This document shows, in pieces, positions 25,988-38,734 of a stretch of 64,000 nt of DNA. The notes under the pieces were generated by a model that was not told the origin of the DNA, ran no database searches, and worked only from the letters and a program-made list of their open reading frames with translations. The translations under genes were made by a program, and so were the position numbers. Positions within the stretch are counted from its first letter, which is position 1. The number at the start of each line of letters is the position of its first letter. Source of the DNA: Euprymna scolopes (taxonomy: Eukaryota); NCBI GenBank assembly GCA_053919585.1, contig CM132798.1. One strand, given 5' to 3'.

Positions 25988-26512
25988 CATTTGCTGTGTC
26001 CACATCTGGGTAGAAGCTGCTCGGCACGTCCTATCCTGCCTTGATAGAGTTCAAAATTGGCTTCGAAACCTAGTAGATGATGCCCCTTTCTCCTCTTTAC
26101 ACCTTCTTTCCTACAGAAGAGGTGTCGCGATCCTGTTTCTGCTCTATTGTTATTTTCATGGCTAATGCTCGACTGAACTCCAATCTATGGTTCTCCCCTT
26201 CAAAACTTTCACAAAAAAACACTCGACTAGCTACAACCACTATATATGATTTTCCCCACTCTCTATCTAGGCCTAAATGTAAACGCATGTTCCATAAACA
26301 AAGCTTCTTTTCCAGAACTGCCCACCTTTGGAACACTGTTCCACTGGTCTGTTTCCCAGTTGAATACAACATGGTAGCCTTCACATCGAATGTAAACAAG
26401 TTCTTGTTAAGCCGTCCTCATAAATAATCAAATTCTACCCAATTTATACTATAAGTGATTATTACACCACCACCTTCGGGCCTTGACCAGTGGTGAATCC
26501 CACGTAAAAATA
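25988..26512 (+). mobile_element. LINE family A 3' fragment
   Basis: HIWVEAARHVLSCLDRVQN..SFFSRTAHLWNTVP..SNVNKFLL. The same 3' tail also occurs alone at ~35930-36030. Confidence 0.8.
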
Positions 26513-26821
26513 AAATATATATGCCTTCCCAGCGTTGCTCAGGGTCATATTTTTTGGGGGGGGGGGTAGTTTAGGGTCCACTTTATTTTCATTAGATCAT
26601 CTTCCCAGGCATTATCTCCTCTATTTGGGGAGAGGAAGTAGGAAAGAATTTAAATATTCATTAAAATTCTTGTCAGTTTTAAGCAGGGTGAATATTGATA
26701 TCATCTTAGCCCGTTCTTTCAGATAGTCATTTGATTAATATATTTTACTTCGCTAAACAAGTTTAACGAAAAAAAATTAGGTGCAAGGCCAATCAAAAAA
26801 TTAGGATGAGGGTGGTAGTGG

Positions 26822-27129
26822 TTTGGTTGTTTTTGTTTTACGGCATATCAACCCTTTTTGGGTTATTTTATGCCGAATCCAAAGATTTTGAAGAAAAATA
26901 TTTTTAATAGAATATATTTGTTGTTTTCACGTCAGTTTCTATTTACCCCATAGTTGGGACCCTAACAGGTACTACCACTCCGGGTCAGAGTGGACCTGGG
27001 AGCAATGGTAATTAAAGGCTGGCTCCACACTCCCCAAAGCCCACAAGCTGGGGCCTCACCACTGGATATAGTTTAAGGTCATATCCAGGACCCCCAGTCG
27101 GCGTATTCTAATGCCCTACCGACAGGGCC
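26822..27129 (-). mobile_element. Complete SINE with 14-bp target-site duplication
   Basis: GAGGGTGGTAGTGG at 26808-26821 and 27130-27143; (CAAA)-rich 3' tail. Related fragments at ~9270-9410, 20335, 29750, 35355, 39995. Confidence 0.8.
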
Positions 27130-29104
27130 GAGGGTGGTAGTGGGGTCTACGCTAATCCTAGTTAAAGTTCTCAATGACCATAATACCAGAAAACCACTAG
27201 TTAAGATTCCCTAATCAAATCGTTTTTGCTTTCTTTCAAATAGTCATTTGATTTTCATGTTTGTGGACAACTTGTAAACGAAAATGCATCTTTCTCTTCA
27301 TTTTTCCCCTTTTTGAGGGGTGAGACATTTTTTATATTTCACACGTTCATTGTCCAGTCTTTTCTGTTCAGTAGTACAACTGCCTCCAAATTCCACTCTG
27401 TGCGGTCTTTCTTGAATTGAAAGCCATGTTTAATTTCAGAAGAGTTTCCGATGGGTAGCTATTCTGTACAAGTTCTGGAGAAGAATTTTCAGTATGTATT
27501 TATAATTCTGCAGGCAAAGAGCAAAAAATCTTTCTCGTGTTGATACGAAAAAATTATGTGTTGGAATGATAAAGATTCAATATGCTTATGGAGCAACTCT
27601 GCTTACTGATTGGTTGCTAACAGAACATGGCTCCATTTAATTTCTCAGTTTCTATCACCAGTGCCTATGGTAATTATACTCCCATAAAGTGAAAAATATT
27701 GTAACCTCCCTCCATTTTTTATACAATGGGAAAGTCCTTTCAGTTCACGTTTAATTCTGTTCAAAAATAAATATACATAAAAATGTGTAAAATAAAACAA
27801 GTTACAACATATATAAATCTCATTTGTCTGTTTAAATGTATATATGTATGTATGTATATCTGCCTAAAACTTTTGACAGAGGCGACAGATTTTCACAAGA
27901 TCGGTATCATTTTGAAGCTCGGCCCTTCATACGACAAATATCGAAAAATTGACTAAAAACATTAATTCCTTCACCCTCAACTGAACACTTTTCTACAAGG
28001 AGGGGTCGCTTTTTTACCGATATTTTCGAAAGTCATCCTTTCTTTTCCATTGACTAGCCTTAATTTAAACCTTCGCCATTTTCGGTTTGGAGATGGATGC
28101 TGCGGCAAAGACGTCACGTTTTTTTTTTTTGTGTGTTTTTTTTTCACATTGTTTTCTTCCTTCACGGTATGGGGTCGAGCCTGCCTGCCTACTACCACTT
28201 ATTTTTTTAATAAAGTTTCTTTACTAAAGCAACCCATGTGCCGAATACAATACCACATGACTGCTTTCCAGCTGACTTTTATCATCAAAAAATTAAGATT
28301 ATAAGCAGTCTATTAAATAAAACAAGCACATTATCAAGGATTTATAAACCTTCTTTTTTATTAGATATCTAAGGGAAATGAAAAAATCGACTCAGCAGCT
28401 AAAGCTATACATTATATATATATATATATATATATACGAACATGCATTTTTAGGAAAAGAATCTATTTTTTCATTTTTTACTGAAATTTTTGAAACACTG
28501 AGTATTATTTTTTTTTTCAAACACTGAGTATATACTAAATAGTCAAAGGGGACTGAAAGATGCCAAATGCTGTGGTTGTTCAAACAGAATTATATGTTAG
28601 CATTGAGTGCATATTTGAAATAGTCCATTAAGTAGTTAGTTCATGTTTAAAAGTAGTAGCTATTGGGGCTTCTATCCTCAGAAGTGTCAAGAAATAAACG
28701 GTAATGGGAATTTCTGAGAATTCTAGTATGAAACTACCCAGGCCAGTTTGAAGGATTGGTTTGGAAAATTAAATTAATAATGCAAATATTCAGCATATGG
28801 AAAGACAAGACTAAATTTATCATTTGCAATCCAGATACAAAATGGAGTACTAATACAGTGCTACAATCACTGCTTGGCATTACCCGATCACAACTTTTCA
28901 AAGATGACACCTCCAACTTTTTTCAGATGTTGAACTCTGCAGTCTTTCTGTTGAACTCGGAAATTTGCATGGAATTTTCCTTTTCTTTTTTCTATTTTTA
29001 ACAGTATATGTTTTATTCTTGAGTGTGTTTTTAGTTAAATTTTTATATTTTGTTTTTATTTTGTAACTAAAAATAACATTCGGAAAAGAATTTGATGGGA
29101 CATT

Positions 29105-29578
29105 CATCATCATCATCACCACCATCATCATCACCATATTTCACACACTAGCATGTGTTGAACAGTTTTAAGAAATTCACTTCCAAACTAACTTACCTCT
29201 GCTCAGGTCTTTATTTATCCTTCTTTCTCTCAAGTCCACTTTAATCATTTCCTCCAAAGTTTTCATTGGCTTTATCATGTGAATTGGATCTGCTACCTTT
29301 ACAGTTCTACTACACCTGCTGACCCAAGAACTCTCATCCATCCTTTCAACGTGGCTATATCATCAAAGTTTTTGCTTCTGCACACATCTCTTTATACTAA
29401 CCAGTTTTAATCTTCCTCTGAAGTCATTAGAACTAAACCGGTATTTAAGAATCACATTACACATCCATCGTATCATTCTCCGCCATGCAACATATGTCTT
29501 CAACCCTGGCCAGGCTTTATTTCCATACATCATCGCACTAAGTACACATACCTTATACACTCTTCCCTTGGTCGACAG
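29105..29578 (-). mobile_element. RTE-clade LINE 3' fragment with (GAT)n tail
   Basis: GRVYKVCVLSAMMYGNKAW..RRMIRWMCNV..; (CAT)n on the + strand at 29105-29136. Confidence 0.75.
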
Positions 29579-30482
29579 TCATAATACTCTGCAGATTAGT
29601 AAAGATTGTAGAAAAAGAAGTTTATAATACTTCACTTGCTTCCTACAAACTATTCTACAAAGAATGCTAACGCATAGAATTATTACAAAGTATAAGGTTT
29701 TGTTTAACTTTTTGTTGGTATTAAATGCTTCCTGCTGTTGTGGTTGATATGCCATAAAACAAATCAAACCAAACAATATTTAATTTTCTCATATTCGTGC
29801 CTCATCTTGTTTCAGTTATTTTTTTTTATTTTTTAGTTCCTTTACCAGGTATTGAACTCCCAACCTTTAGATGGAATTCACTTGAAAATGTCCCGACCAA
29901 CACTTTGAGGCTTTGTTCCAAAACTCTGATCAGAAATAATGAATTGAAATATTTCCATGATGCTGTCATCACCAATATCCTGAAATCATAAATCTTAAAT
30001 TAAACTAAATCTTTAAATGTAAATCAATTTTTTGCACAAATTTATTCATAACATTAAAATATAAGAGAATTTCACTGACAACAGCAGAATCAATAAAAAT
30101 TCTGAAAACAAAAATATATTTTTACATTAAATTGAAGAATCTATTTTATTCAAAAGCTGACTGTGAACTATCAACTTAATGTCTTTAAATTGTTACTCTT
30201 GTATCAATGACTTTAAATCTCTATTTGTATCCATGTAGGTATTTTGTAGATGTTTATATATGTCTTTTGTAAAGGATTAAATCCCAAATTAATTAACCAA
30301 TCCTTATCACTTTTGAAACGCTGTGTATAAAGAGTTTTAATATAGACTATGTTTAATTTACTTCACGCAAAGAGGGACTGGAAGCCGTTCATGAAACTTC
30401 AGGTACCTCTGATTTTCACAACACACACACACATAATGGAGTATTCAAATATCTATGTATCTCATATAAAGATTAAGTGTCA

Positions 30483-31168
30483 TCTATATATAGATAGAAA
30501 AGACAAAACGGCCACACGCGTTTTTGTATGTCCAGCAAATGCTTTTTTCGTGGAGGTTCTCTTGGGGGTTACTTATATTTTAGAACTTTTTATATATGTG
30601 TAATACCTACAATTTGCAAACGGTCGTCGTCTCTACGTTCATTTTGAGCCAGTTTAAAAAAAAACCCAAAAGAAACTGATATCCTGTGTTTGTTTGTCTT
30701 TTTTATATAAATAAAGCGAAACTGAATTGAATTAAATCAACTCACTGGCCTTCGTGGCTGGCACATCTTGAAGGCAATCAGCTTTGATCAATGTGGGGAA
30801 TACCCTTCATATTAGACAATTGCTATTCATTTGAGAACTCCCCCCCTTTTTACGAGGGAGCTTGGTTTCCCCAACATCGCGGGGAAACATAAATAAAACA
30901 GCGAAAAGCTAAACTGGCCTTCAGCCAACCGTCATTTCTGCACCTGCGTATTCACTTAGCAAGTCGACTTTTTGATTGACATTGCTAAATTTCAACACTT
31001 TTCACTTCCTATGGCCTCGTAGCTTGGCGGTAAGATGTCACGTTTTCTTTCACTTTCTTCTCCGTCTTCGCATCACATGTTCGAACCTGCCTGACTACTA
31101 ACACTTTTTTTTTTTTATTTCTTTTACACCTCTAAAAATCCTGGCAACGCCGGGTACCCCCCGCTAGT
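30483..31168 (+). mobile_element. Non-autonomous Helitron
   Basis: A|TCTATATA start; CCTGGCAACGCCGGG hairpin + CTAG|T end. Confidence 0.75.
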
Positions 31169-31179
31169 CTCCTAGAAAG

Positions 31180-31688
31180 GGGCCCCTTGATGTTTTGGAG
31201 AATTGAAATGAAATGAAACAAAAGGAGAAAGAGCTTGGCTGCCTACTAAACATCTTTACTTGGCCAATCAACTCTGGTGTTCGAACTTCCTTACTCCTCC
31301 CACACCTCTCATCATCCCTCACAGATTTTCATTTATGGCATTCCAAAACTGATGCTCGATTCATGCAAGATGGTCCAAAAGCAACCGAAAGCATTCCATA
31401 CATTTCTGTGGCATTTTTCCAAGTTTAAAACAGAATTTTTTTACATATCGTTCTCGTAAAGTGTCCTCACGTTCAAATTGCTTTTTTTTTAAATTCACCA
31501 GTGACAATCAGACTTTTGTAAGGTATATTTAAATTCTGCTGTAGCTGTTTATTTGAACCGGAAATCATAAAAAATAGTCAGTCATCTCATAAGATGTAGA
31601 GCAATAACGTACTGAATTTTCAAGAGTCTACAACAATTTTAAATGCCTGTACAAAAAAAGTCTGGAATCTTATTGAAGACACATTGTA
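31180..31688 (-). mobile_element. Probable mariner-like non-autonomous repeat
   Basis: End AAAAGTCTGGAATCTTATTGAAGACACATTG-TA resembles a mariner-type terminus beside TA. The family is recognised from memory only. Confidence 0.45.
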
Positions 31689-32087
31689 TATATATCTATC
31701 TATGTATGTGTGTGTATTTGTAAATCTTTTCAATTTTATTCATTAAATGTTGATTTAAATAAGATGGTCGGTTACAATAAGAGGTGTCTAAGGAGGCATA
31801 ATATATAAATAAGTGAAAATCGTGATAAATCCACTTTGTCTTCCATCTCCATTTATTTTGTAATGTTATATTTCAAGCAGTTTTGCAATTCAAATATACA
31901 TTGTTTATGAAATATAACTATTAGCATTGCTTTCGAAGATGACACTGATTATTTTTAGCTTCTGGATATTTGTATTTTGAGACATCTTGGAAAAATGTGT
32001 ATTTGTTTCCATCTAAAAAAAAATCTTGACTTATTCAGAAGAGAAACAATTAACTTCAAGAACATTCCAATTCTTTCCTCATTCTGA

Positions 32088-32127
<40 letters not shown>

Positions 32128-32130
<3 letters not shown>

Positions 32131-32393
32131 CGGCATAATCACGTTGACACACCGGTTCTCATCAGATCACTGAAGTTAAGCAACGCTGAGCCTGGCTAGT
32201 ACAAGATGGGTGACCATTTGGGAATTCTAGGCGCTGTATGTGCTTTCCGCTTATCTCGGCATTGTTTCCAGTCGTCCTCAACCTCCACTTGCCACTGGTA
32301 TTCAACAATGTCGAATCCGGAGAGGTGTGGTTGGAGATTGCGCAACTCTTGCCACAAAAATTTCCCGCGCAGCCACCCTTACTGTGGGTATCC
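32128..32393 (+). mobile_element. 5S rRNA-derived SINE (SINE3-type), family 1, 3' truncated by a foldback element
   Basis: TACGGCATAATCACGTTGACACACCGGTTCTCATCAGATCACTGAAGTTAAGCAACGCTGAGCCTGGCTAGTAC..GATGGGTGACC closely follows mollusc-type 5S rRNA. Same body as the 7160 copy. Follows (TA)n. Confidence 0.85.
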
Positions 32394-32395
32394 AT

Positions 32396-32873
32396 TGATT
32401 TAAATAAAATGTATGGAAATTTCTCAAGAGCTCTTTCGGCTATCATCTTGTCAGGAGAAATCGATAACATACAAAAACAATATTACTGGCGAAATTAAAG
32501 AGCACTACGGGGGAATTTGAATGCGCCAGAAATAAGGGAAAAAAAAAACGATTGAAAGATTTAATCTGAAATTACTGCGTTTAAAAGTGACTAAAACTAA
32601 AATTTGGCACAACAAGGGGGGGGAACGGGGGAAAAACGGGTCAAAGTTCCCCAAAGTGAAATAACATTTTAGTTTTAGTTGCTTTTAAACGCAGTAATTT
32701 CAGATTAAATCTTTGTTTTAATCTTTTTTTTTTCTTATTTCTAGCACATCCAAATATCCCCGTAGTGCTCTTTAATTTTGCCAGTAATATTGTTTTCTAT
32801 GCTATCGATTTCTCCTGACGTGATGATAGCCAAAAGAGCTCTCAAGAAATTTCCGTACATTTTATTTAAATCA
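32396..32873. mobile_element. Foldback MITE (~210-bp inverted arms, ~60-bp loop)
   Basis: TGATTTAAATAAAATGTATGGAAATTTCT... mirrored by ...AGAAATTTCCGTACATTTTATTTAAATCA. Confidence 0.85.
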
Positions 32874-32899
32874 TTATATAAATGTTGTACCTCTGAACA

Positions 32900-32954
<55 letters not shown>

Positions 32955-33282
32955 ATTTGGAGTCAAGTCTCTACTTTGGCTATAAAAAGTTTTTGTGTAA
33001 AGGTTCCAGGCCTATTAACAGATCTTTGTGCAAATTGTGCCAAGCTGCATATTCTTCTTTTGTTGTAATCCCTGTGCTTTATGACAATTTGTTTTCTAAA
33101 GATGGGATATAAGCTGAATGTCTTTTGTTTACCTAACAAAATAAAAAAATACCATCTCTAACGTAAAAACCTCATTGTTACTTGACCGACACTCATTCCA
33201 GCATTTGGGAACCACATGTGATCATAACTTCTAATATTCTATTGTTACAGCATATTGGATCTAGTTTTTTTTTTTTTTTTTT

Positions 33283-34010
33283 TTCAGTATCTTATAATTT
33301 TGTACATAGTTCAGTCATTGCGTTTTGATTTTTTGTATCTAGTTCAGTCATTGCGTTTTGATTTTTTGTATCTAGTTCAGTCATTGCGTTCTGTTTTTTT
33401 TCATCTGATTCAGTAATATCTTTCCAATTTTTGTATTTTGTTCAGTAATATCCTTCCGATTTTGTATCTAGTTCAGTCATTGCCTTCTGATTTTTGTATC
33501 TAGTTCAGTAATATCCTACCGATTTTTGTATCTAGTTCAGTAATATCCTACCGATTTTTGTATCTAGTTCAGTAATATCCTATCGATTTTTGTATCTAGT
33601 TCAGTAATATCCTTCCGATTTTTGTATCTAGTTCAGTAATATCCTTCCGATTTTTGTATCTAGTTCAGTAATATCCTTCCGATTTTTGTATCTAGTTCAG
33701 TAATATCCTTCCGATTTTTGTATCTAGTTCAGTCATTGCGTTCTGTTTTTTTCCTCTAGTTCAGTAATATCCTACCGATTTTTGTATCTAGTTCAGTAAT
33801 ATCCTACCGATTTTTGTATCTAGTTAGATAATATCCTTCCGATTTTTGTATCTAGTTCAGTCATTGCGTTCTGTTTTTTTCCTCTAGTTCAGTAATATCC
33901 TATCGATTTTTGTATCTAGTTAAATAATATCCTTCCGATTTTTGTATCTAGTTCAGTAATATCCTTCCGATTTTTGTATCTAGTTCAGTCATTGCCTTCT
34001 GATTTTTGTT
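33283..34010. repeat. 32-bp minisatellite (~23 copies, two interspersed variants)
   Basis: TTTTTGTATCTAGTTCAGTAATATCCTTCCGA and a variant ...TCAGTCATTGCGTTCTG. Confidence 0.95.
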
Positions 34011-36041
34011 TCTTGTGTTTTTAGTGCATTTTGATTTCATATTTAGTGCATGTATCCCTGTATGTATATGATTTTGTGTTTCTTTTGAGGGGGGGTAGCA
34101 TTTTTGTTATTTCAGTTTTTTTTTTTGTCTAATTTTGTTATATACTCTTGTACCAAGGCATTCTTTGTATTTCAGTTTTATATTTGGATATTTTCTCCAT
34201 TGTTAATGTTAATTTCTACTTTTTATTAAAATTTTTTGTTTTAATACCATATCATTTATCTTCCTGTTTTTTTTTTGTTTTTTTTCTAAAGTGTATATAT
34301 CTGTCTCACCCCATTTCTTTAAAGAATAGGGTCAAGATAGGTTTTGAATAACTTTTACATTTTATTCAAAATGGCACTTCCCCCAACTTACGTTTTGTTT
34401 TGTTTTTTTTTCATTTATTTTCCATTCGCATATAACTCTCCTGTCTCTTTACTTCTGAAACATCATTTTCCTTCCCCTCACCTTTAATCTAACCTCACTT
34501 GCCCTTGGCTGGCCTCCTTAACTAAAACTATTAAACATGTCCAACAGACCTGACAATTCTCATTACTGACCTCTGACATGGGCAGCCATCGATTTTCCTC
34601 TCCTAAGTTGTTCAACTCTCCTCCTCCTCCTCCTCCTCCTCCTCCTCACACCACTACTCAAATTTCTACACATTATTATCTGTTTACTTCACTTTCTTTC
34701 ATTATTTATTTTTTTACAATTTGCTTCTTGTTTTACTTTCTCTGTTTGATTTTCTTTTTTCTTTTCAATAAATCTTTTGACCTATTCTTTATAGATTGTT
34801 CCCCACAGATTCGCTTTACTATTATTTTGTCATATATTGCTTGATCTTAAGTTTTTTTGTTTTTTTTTTCAAAATGAAATTCAGGCAAGTCCAAATAGTC
34901 TCTAGCCAATGAGAAAAAAAAAACATAACAAATCTCGGATTCTTTGATTTTAACATTATTTAAGGGAACGTAATCAAAAATCGTTATCTAAAATGCATTT
35001 AAAAACAGTGTTCTTTGTTATTTTTTTTTTTAATAAAACTATGAAAACGAGCTTAAAAAAAAAATGATGCATTAAATTTCATAAACTCGATTGATCTCTA
35101 TTGAAAATAGTATACAAAGAAAATAATTCCGCAATTATTTTAACAATAACAAAATACTTTTATAATTACTCGTGTTTTTTTTTTGTGTTTTCTTTTTGTT
35201 TGTTAATTTCATTTTAACTTTAGTTTCATTCTATTTTTTTGCTGTGTTGCTTTCACCATAAAATATGTGTGGATCATAATTTCAAATTGTACACTCTATT
35301 CAATGAATAAATTTTAAAATTACTGGACGTACCAGATGTTCAGTAATAATAGATTATGACATATCAACCCTTTTCGGGTTATTTAATGCCAACTGACTAA
35401 ATAAAACATTTAAACTCGTAGTCAAAAAAAAAAAGAAAGAAAATCTAATTTAGAGAGTGGGATACTGCTCTAAATATGCAAGAACCGTTTTTTAACTAGT
35501 TTTGAAAATAATTGAATTTAAAAAAAAAATAGCATTTTTTGTGCAGGACATATTCACCATTTACAAATGGGTAAAGCTACTGAAGAATTAGATCGACAGA
35601 TTAACAGTTCAATGATGCCGAATATTTCGAGAGGATTGAAAATAATAAATGGAATGAACAAAATTTGATGACTTTCGAGGATAGCATCTGACAAATATTT
35701 TTTAATGTTGGATGCAAGGAAGCAGTCCAGCATTTACGTATTCCACAAATAAGCAGTTCTTGAAAAAAACAAAACATTCTATTCATGCACATTTCGTTGC
35801 ATATTAGGCACATGGCGAAAAAAAAAACTTATTTGCAATTGTGGTAGGAAAACACGTTCTTGCTCTGAGTGTCTTAAAAGAAATAAACATGAGAACAATA
35901 CACCGAAGAATCCAAATAATACGAATACTCACTTCTACCGAACTGACACCATTACTGATTACTTACATTCATCAACACTTATTCTCGAGTGACCTTCAGG
36001 CCTTGAGAAATGATGACTCCCTTGTAAAATATATATATATA

Positions 36042-36248
36042 TGCTTTGCCATTCCCTTTTTTCCCGTGTGTGCTCATACTTTCACTACACCGATGAAGAT
36101 TGAAGGATCGGTCGAAAATTAAAACAACAGTTAGTTGTACTTGTAAAAAAAGTTTTTTAATTTTTTTTCATAATATTATTTTGTATTCCTGCACGTCACC
36201 AACTGAAAACGAATAAAGAAAAGTTATAAGCTTTTATACGTTTCCATT

Positions 36249-36252
<4 letters not shown>
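36042..36252 (+). mobile_element. Short element with decayed hammerhead, between (TA)n tracts
   Basis: CCGATGA-A-GATTGA(AGGA)TCGGTC-GAAA at 36090-36117. Helix II pairs; the core has U4C. Confidence 0.45.
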
Positions 36253-36301
<49 letters not shown>

Positions 36302-36488
36302 TATACTATACTAGCAGACTGTCCGACGTTGCCTGGAGAATCTTTCATTTTTGGCCCCTTGTCATACATGACATCTCTATGATGTCATGTATGACATCAT
36401 AGCATATCTCTCTCTTCCTATATATATATTAAGAGTTATATTTGGTAAAAACAAGGATAAAGAGTGCTCAATACGTTAGTAGGGCCAA

Positions 36489-36626
36489 ATATGTTTTTTT
36501 TTATCATTTCGACCTCGAGTGTATAAACTTAATTCATAACAAGTTATTTCAATCCCATCTATTGAAACAACTTGTAATGAATTAAGTTTATACACTCGAG
36601 GTTGAAATGATAAAAAAAAAACATAT
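36489..36626. repeat. Near-perfect ~138-bp palindrome (MITE-like)
   Basis: ATGTTTTTTTTTATCATTTCGACCTCGAGTGTATAAACTTAATTCAT... and its reverse complement, with a short loop around CCCATCT. Confidence 0.85.
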
Positions 36627-37099
36627 CTGTATTTATATATGCAAAAGGATATGGCGTCATCCATTGTGAACAAACAGACAGCAATACGGATTTATATACA
36701 TGGATATATAAGGCACTTTGTGTGTGTGTGTGTGTGTGTGTGGAGGAGGAGTTATAGATTACGAAACGGCTGTACCAATGTTTTTGAAATTACACACAAA
36801 TATACTTTATGTGTCTGGGAGTGTTATTAGATAAGTTTTGTATCAGAATGTCCCTGATAATTATTAATAATGGAAAAAAATTCCAATTAAAGAAGGAGCA
36901 GCTCCATTTTGAATAAAGTTAACACGATTATATAGCCTAACATCACAAGTGCATTTAAGAAATGTTATAACCACACAAGCACAAGGGCCTGCCATATAAA
37001 ATTAACAGCAGTTTTTTTTTTTTTTTTTTTTTTGACAAGACACGGGCATGTTCAAAGTGACTGTTTCTGTTTAGAGCAAAACTGAACCATGATACTTGA

Positions 37100-37740
37100 C
37101 TTTTTTTTTTTTCAATTTTCACCCCAAATAAGGCACAGTGCCACTTTGAAGTAGAGGGCTACTATCGTGGACATAAGTTGCAGGGATATTATGAAGGGAG
37201 ATGAGTAGCAAGATGTCTGTTCACATTACACTTGAACTTTTGCATGTCAGGAAAGCAGAAACCCGGAAGGGAGTTATAAAGTCTAGCAGTTCTGGGGAAG
37301 AAACTATTGGAGTATAAGGCTTTCTTACACCTAGGAATCTCTACTGTGTAGGGGTGGTATCTAGCTGTTTGTCAGGTTTGTCGGGGGTATTTGCATCGAG
37401 GGGGCACAAGTGCTTGTGGTTCGTCAGAACATTCATCATTAAAATACTTGAAGAACAGGCAGAGCGATCGGACAGAGGCTGAAGCCTAGATGACAGTTCA
37501 GGACCTATCAGGTTGGCAACTCTCTTTTGAACCCTGTCCAGGAATGAGAGACAAGTAGCAAATGCACTAGCCTAAATGTGACAGCAGTACTCCATACATA
37601 GGCGAATGGTGGCCTTGTAGAGGTACAGGATACTTTTAGGCATAAGTAGCTTTGTAGCATGGTAGAGAGAGCCCACCTTCTTCGCAGCAGCCTTGGCAAT
37701 GATCTCAGTGTATCTATTCCAGTGCATACCACCAGTCAAT
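37100..37740 (-). mobile_element. LINE family B 3' fragment inserted in a Helitron
   Basis: AKAAAKKVGSLY..LYLYKATIRLCMEYCCHI; poly(T) at 37101; flanks match the 8500-8870 Helitron. Confidence 0.85.
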
Positions 37741-38244
37741 TCTCTACAGTGCAATATAGACTACAATGTATTATGGACTAAGTCACTGCAGGAAGGAATG
37801 TGAAGTTTCCTCCCGGTACACTGTGTGGGAGGTGGGGGTCCTTAACTAGAAAAGGCAATCAATTAATTTGATTAAAAAATGGGTGATTTCACCAATTTCG
37901 ATGACAATAAAAGTATGGGAGAATAGAACATTTGTTGATCCTCATTCAATCCCATACAACGTTGGGTCTCCCTGCTAGTGGGATAATATACAAGTAAAGA
38001 GATTTGTTATTTTTCTGTCTAATTGATATGTTTACACTATGTCAATTGGCTGGTAAGCTAAAGCAGTTACAAAGCAACGTGGCAAAAAGAGGGTTTAATA
38101 TTAATAGAGACATTAAACACTTTTAGAGAGTTATGGAATCCTGATACAGTGACAGGAGGGCAAGAGAAATACGTAGAAGTGTAGTTCTAGATGGTCCACC
38201 TTCCCAGGTTTATCTTCTCTCTTTAAGAACAGGTTAGTTCATTA

Positions 38245-38734
38245 CAGGGTGGAACGATAAAGAAAACAACACTACAGCTTTATTTCCAAACTTATGTTGA
38301 AAAAATCAGTTCAGGTAACTTAATTATATAGTAGAGCTGACATATATTCAATGTAACCACCTTCAGCCTCAATGTGAGGTGGCATGATGTGGCCCTCACT
38401 TGAAACCACACCAGAGACCATAGCCATGGCTGGAAACTGTTTTCATCACCGTGGCCACGTTCCTGTTATTTGTGGCAATCCAGCAATGCATGTTGATAAT
38501 ATTCCTGTTGTCATAACTTGGATTTGTACAATGGTGCATCTCCAATCTCCGTCGTTTAACATTGTGTCACTTTCAGACATGACAGAAGGCTCCTATTGCT
38601 CTTGGGATTTGTACACAAATGGCCAACTAGCAGATGGTCTGCAACAACAAAAAGAAAACCGGTTTTCATCAAAAAGAAACTGAAAAGAAATCATGTTGTC
38701 TTTTCTAGGGCGACAATTTTTTCATTCCATTCTG
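38245..38734 (-). mobile_element. Shorter derivative of the same Tc1/mariner family
   Basis: Homologous to 2514-3360; TIRs CAGGGTGGAACGA / TCATTCCATTCTG with TA on both sides. Confidence 0.8.

Noticed and set aside
32128-32242. Functional 5S rRNA gene
   Set aside because: Diverged with small deletions, no T-run terminator, not in a tandem array, and fused to a shared repeat body.
33283-34010. CRISPR-like look of the 32-bp repeat (also the 47-bp array)
   Set aside because: Units are head-to-tail with no unique spacers, there are no cas genes, and the context is eukaryotic.
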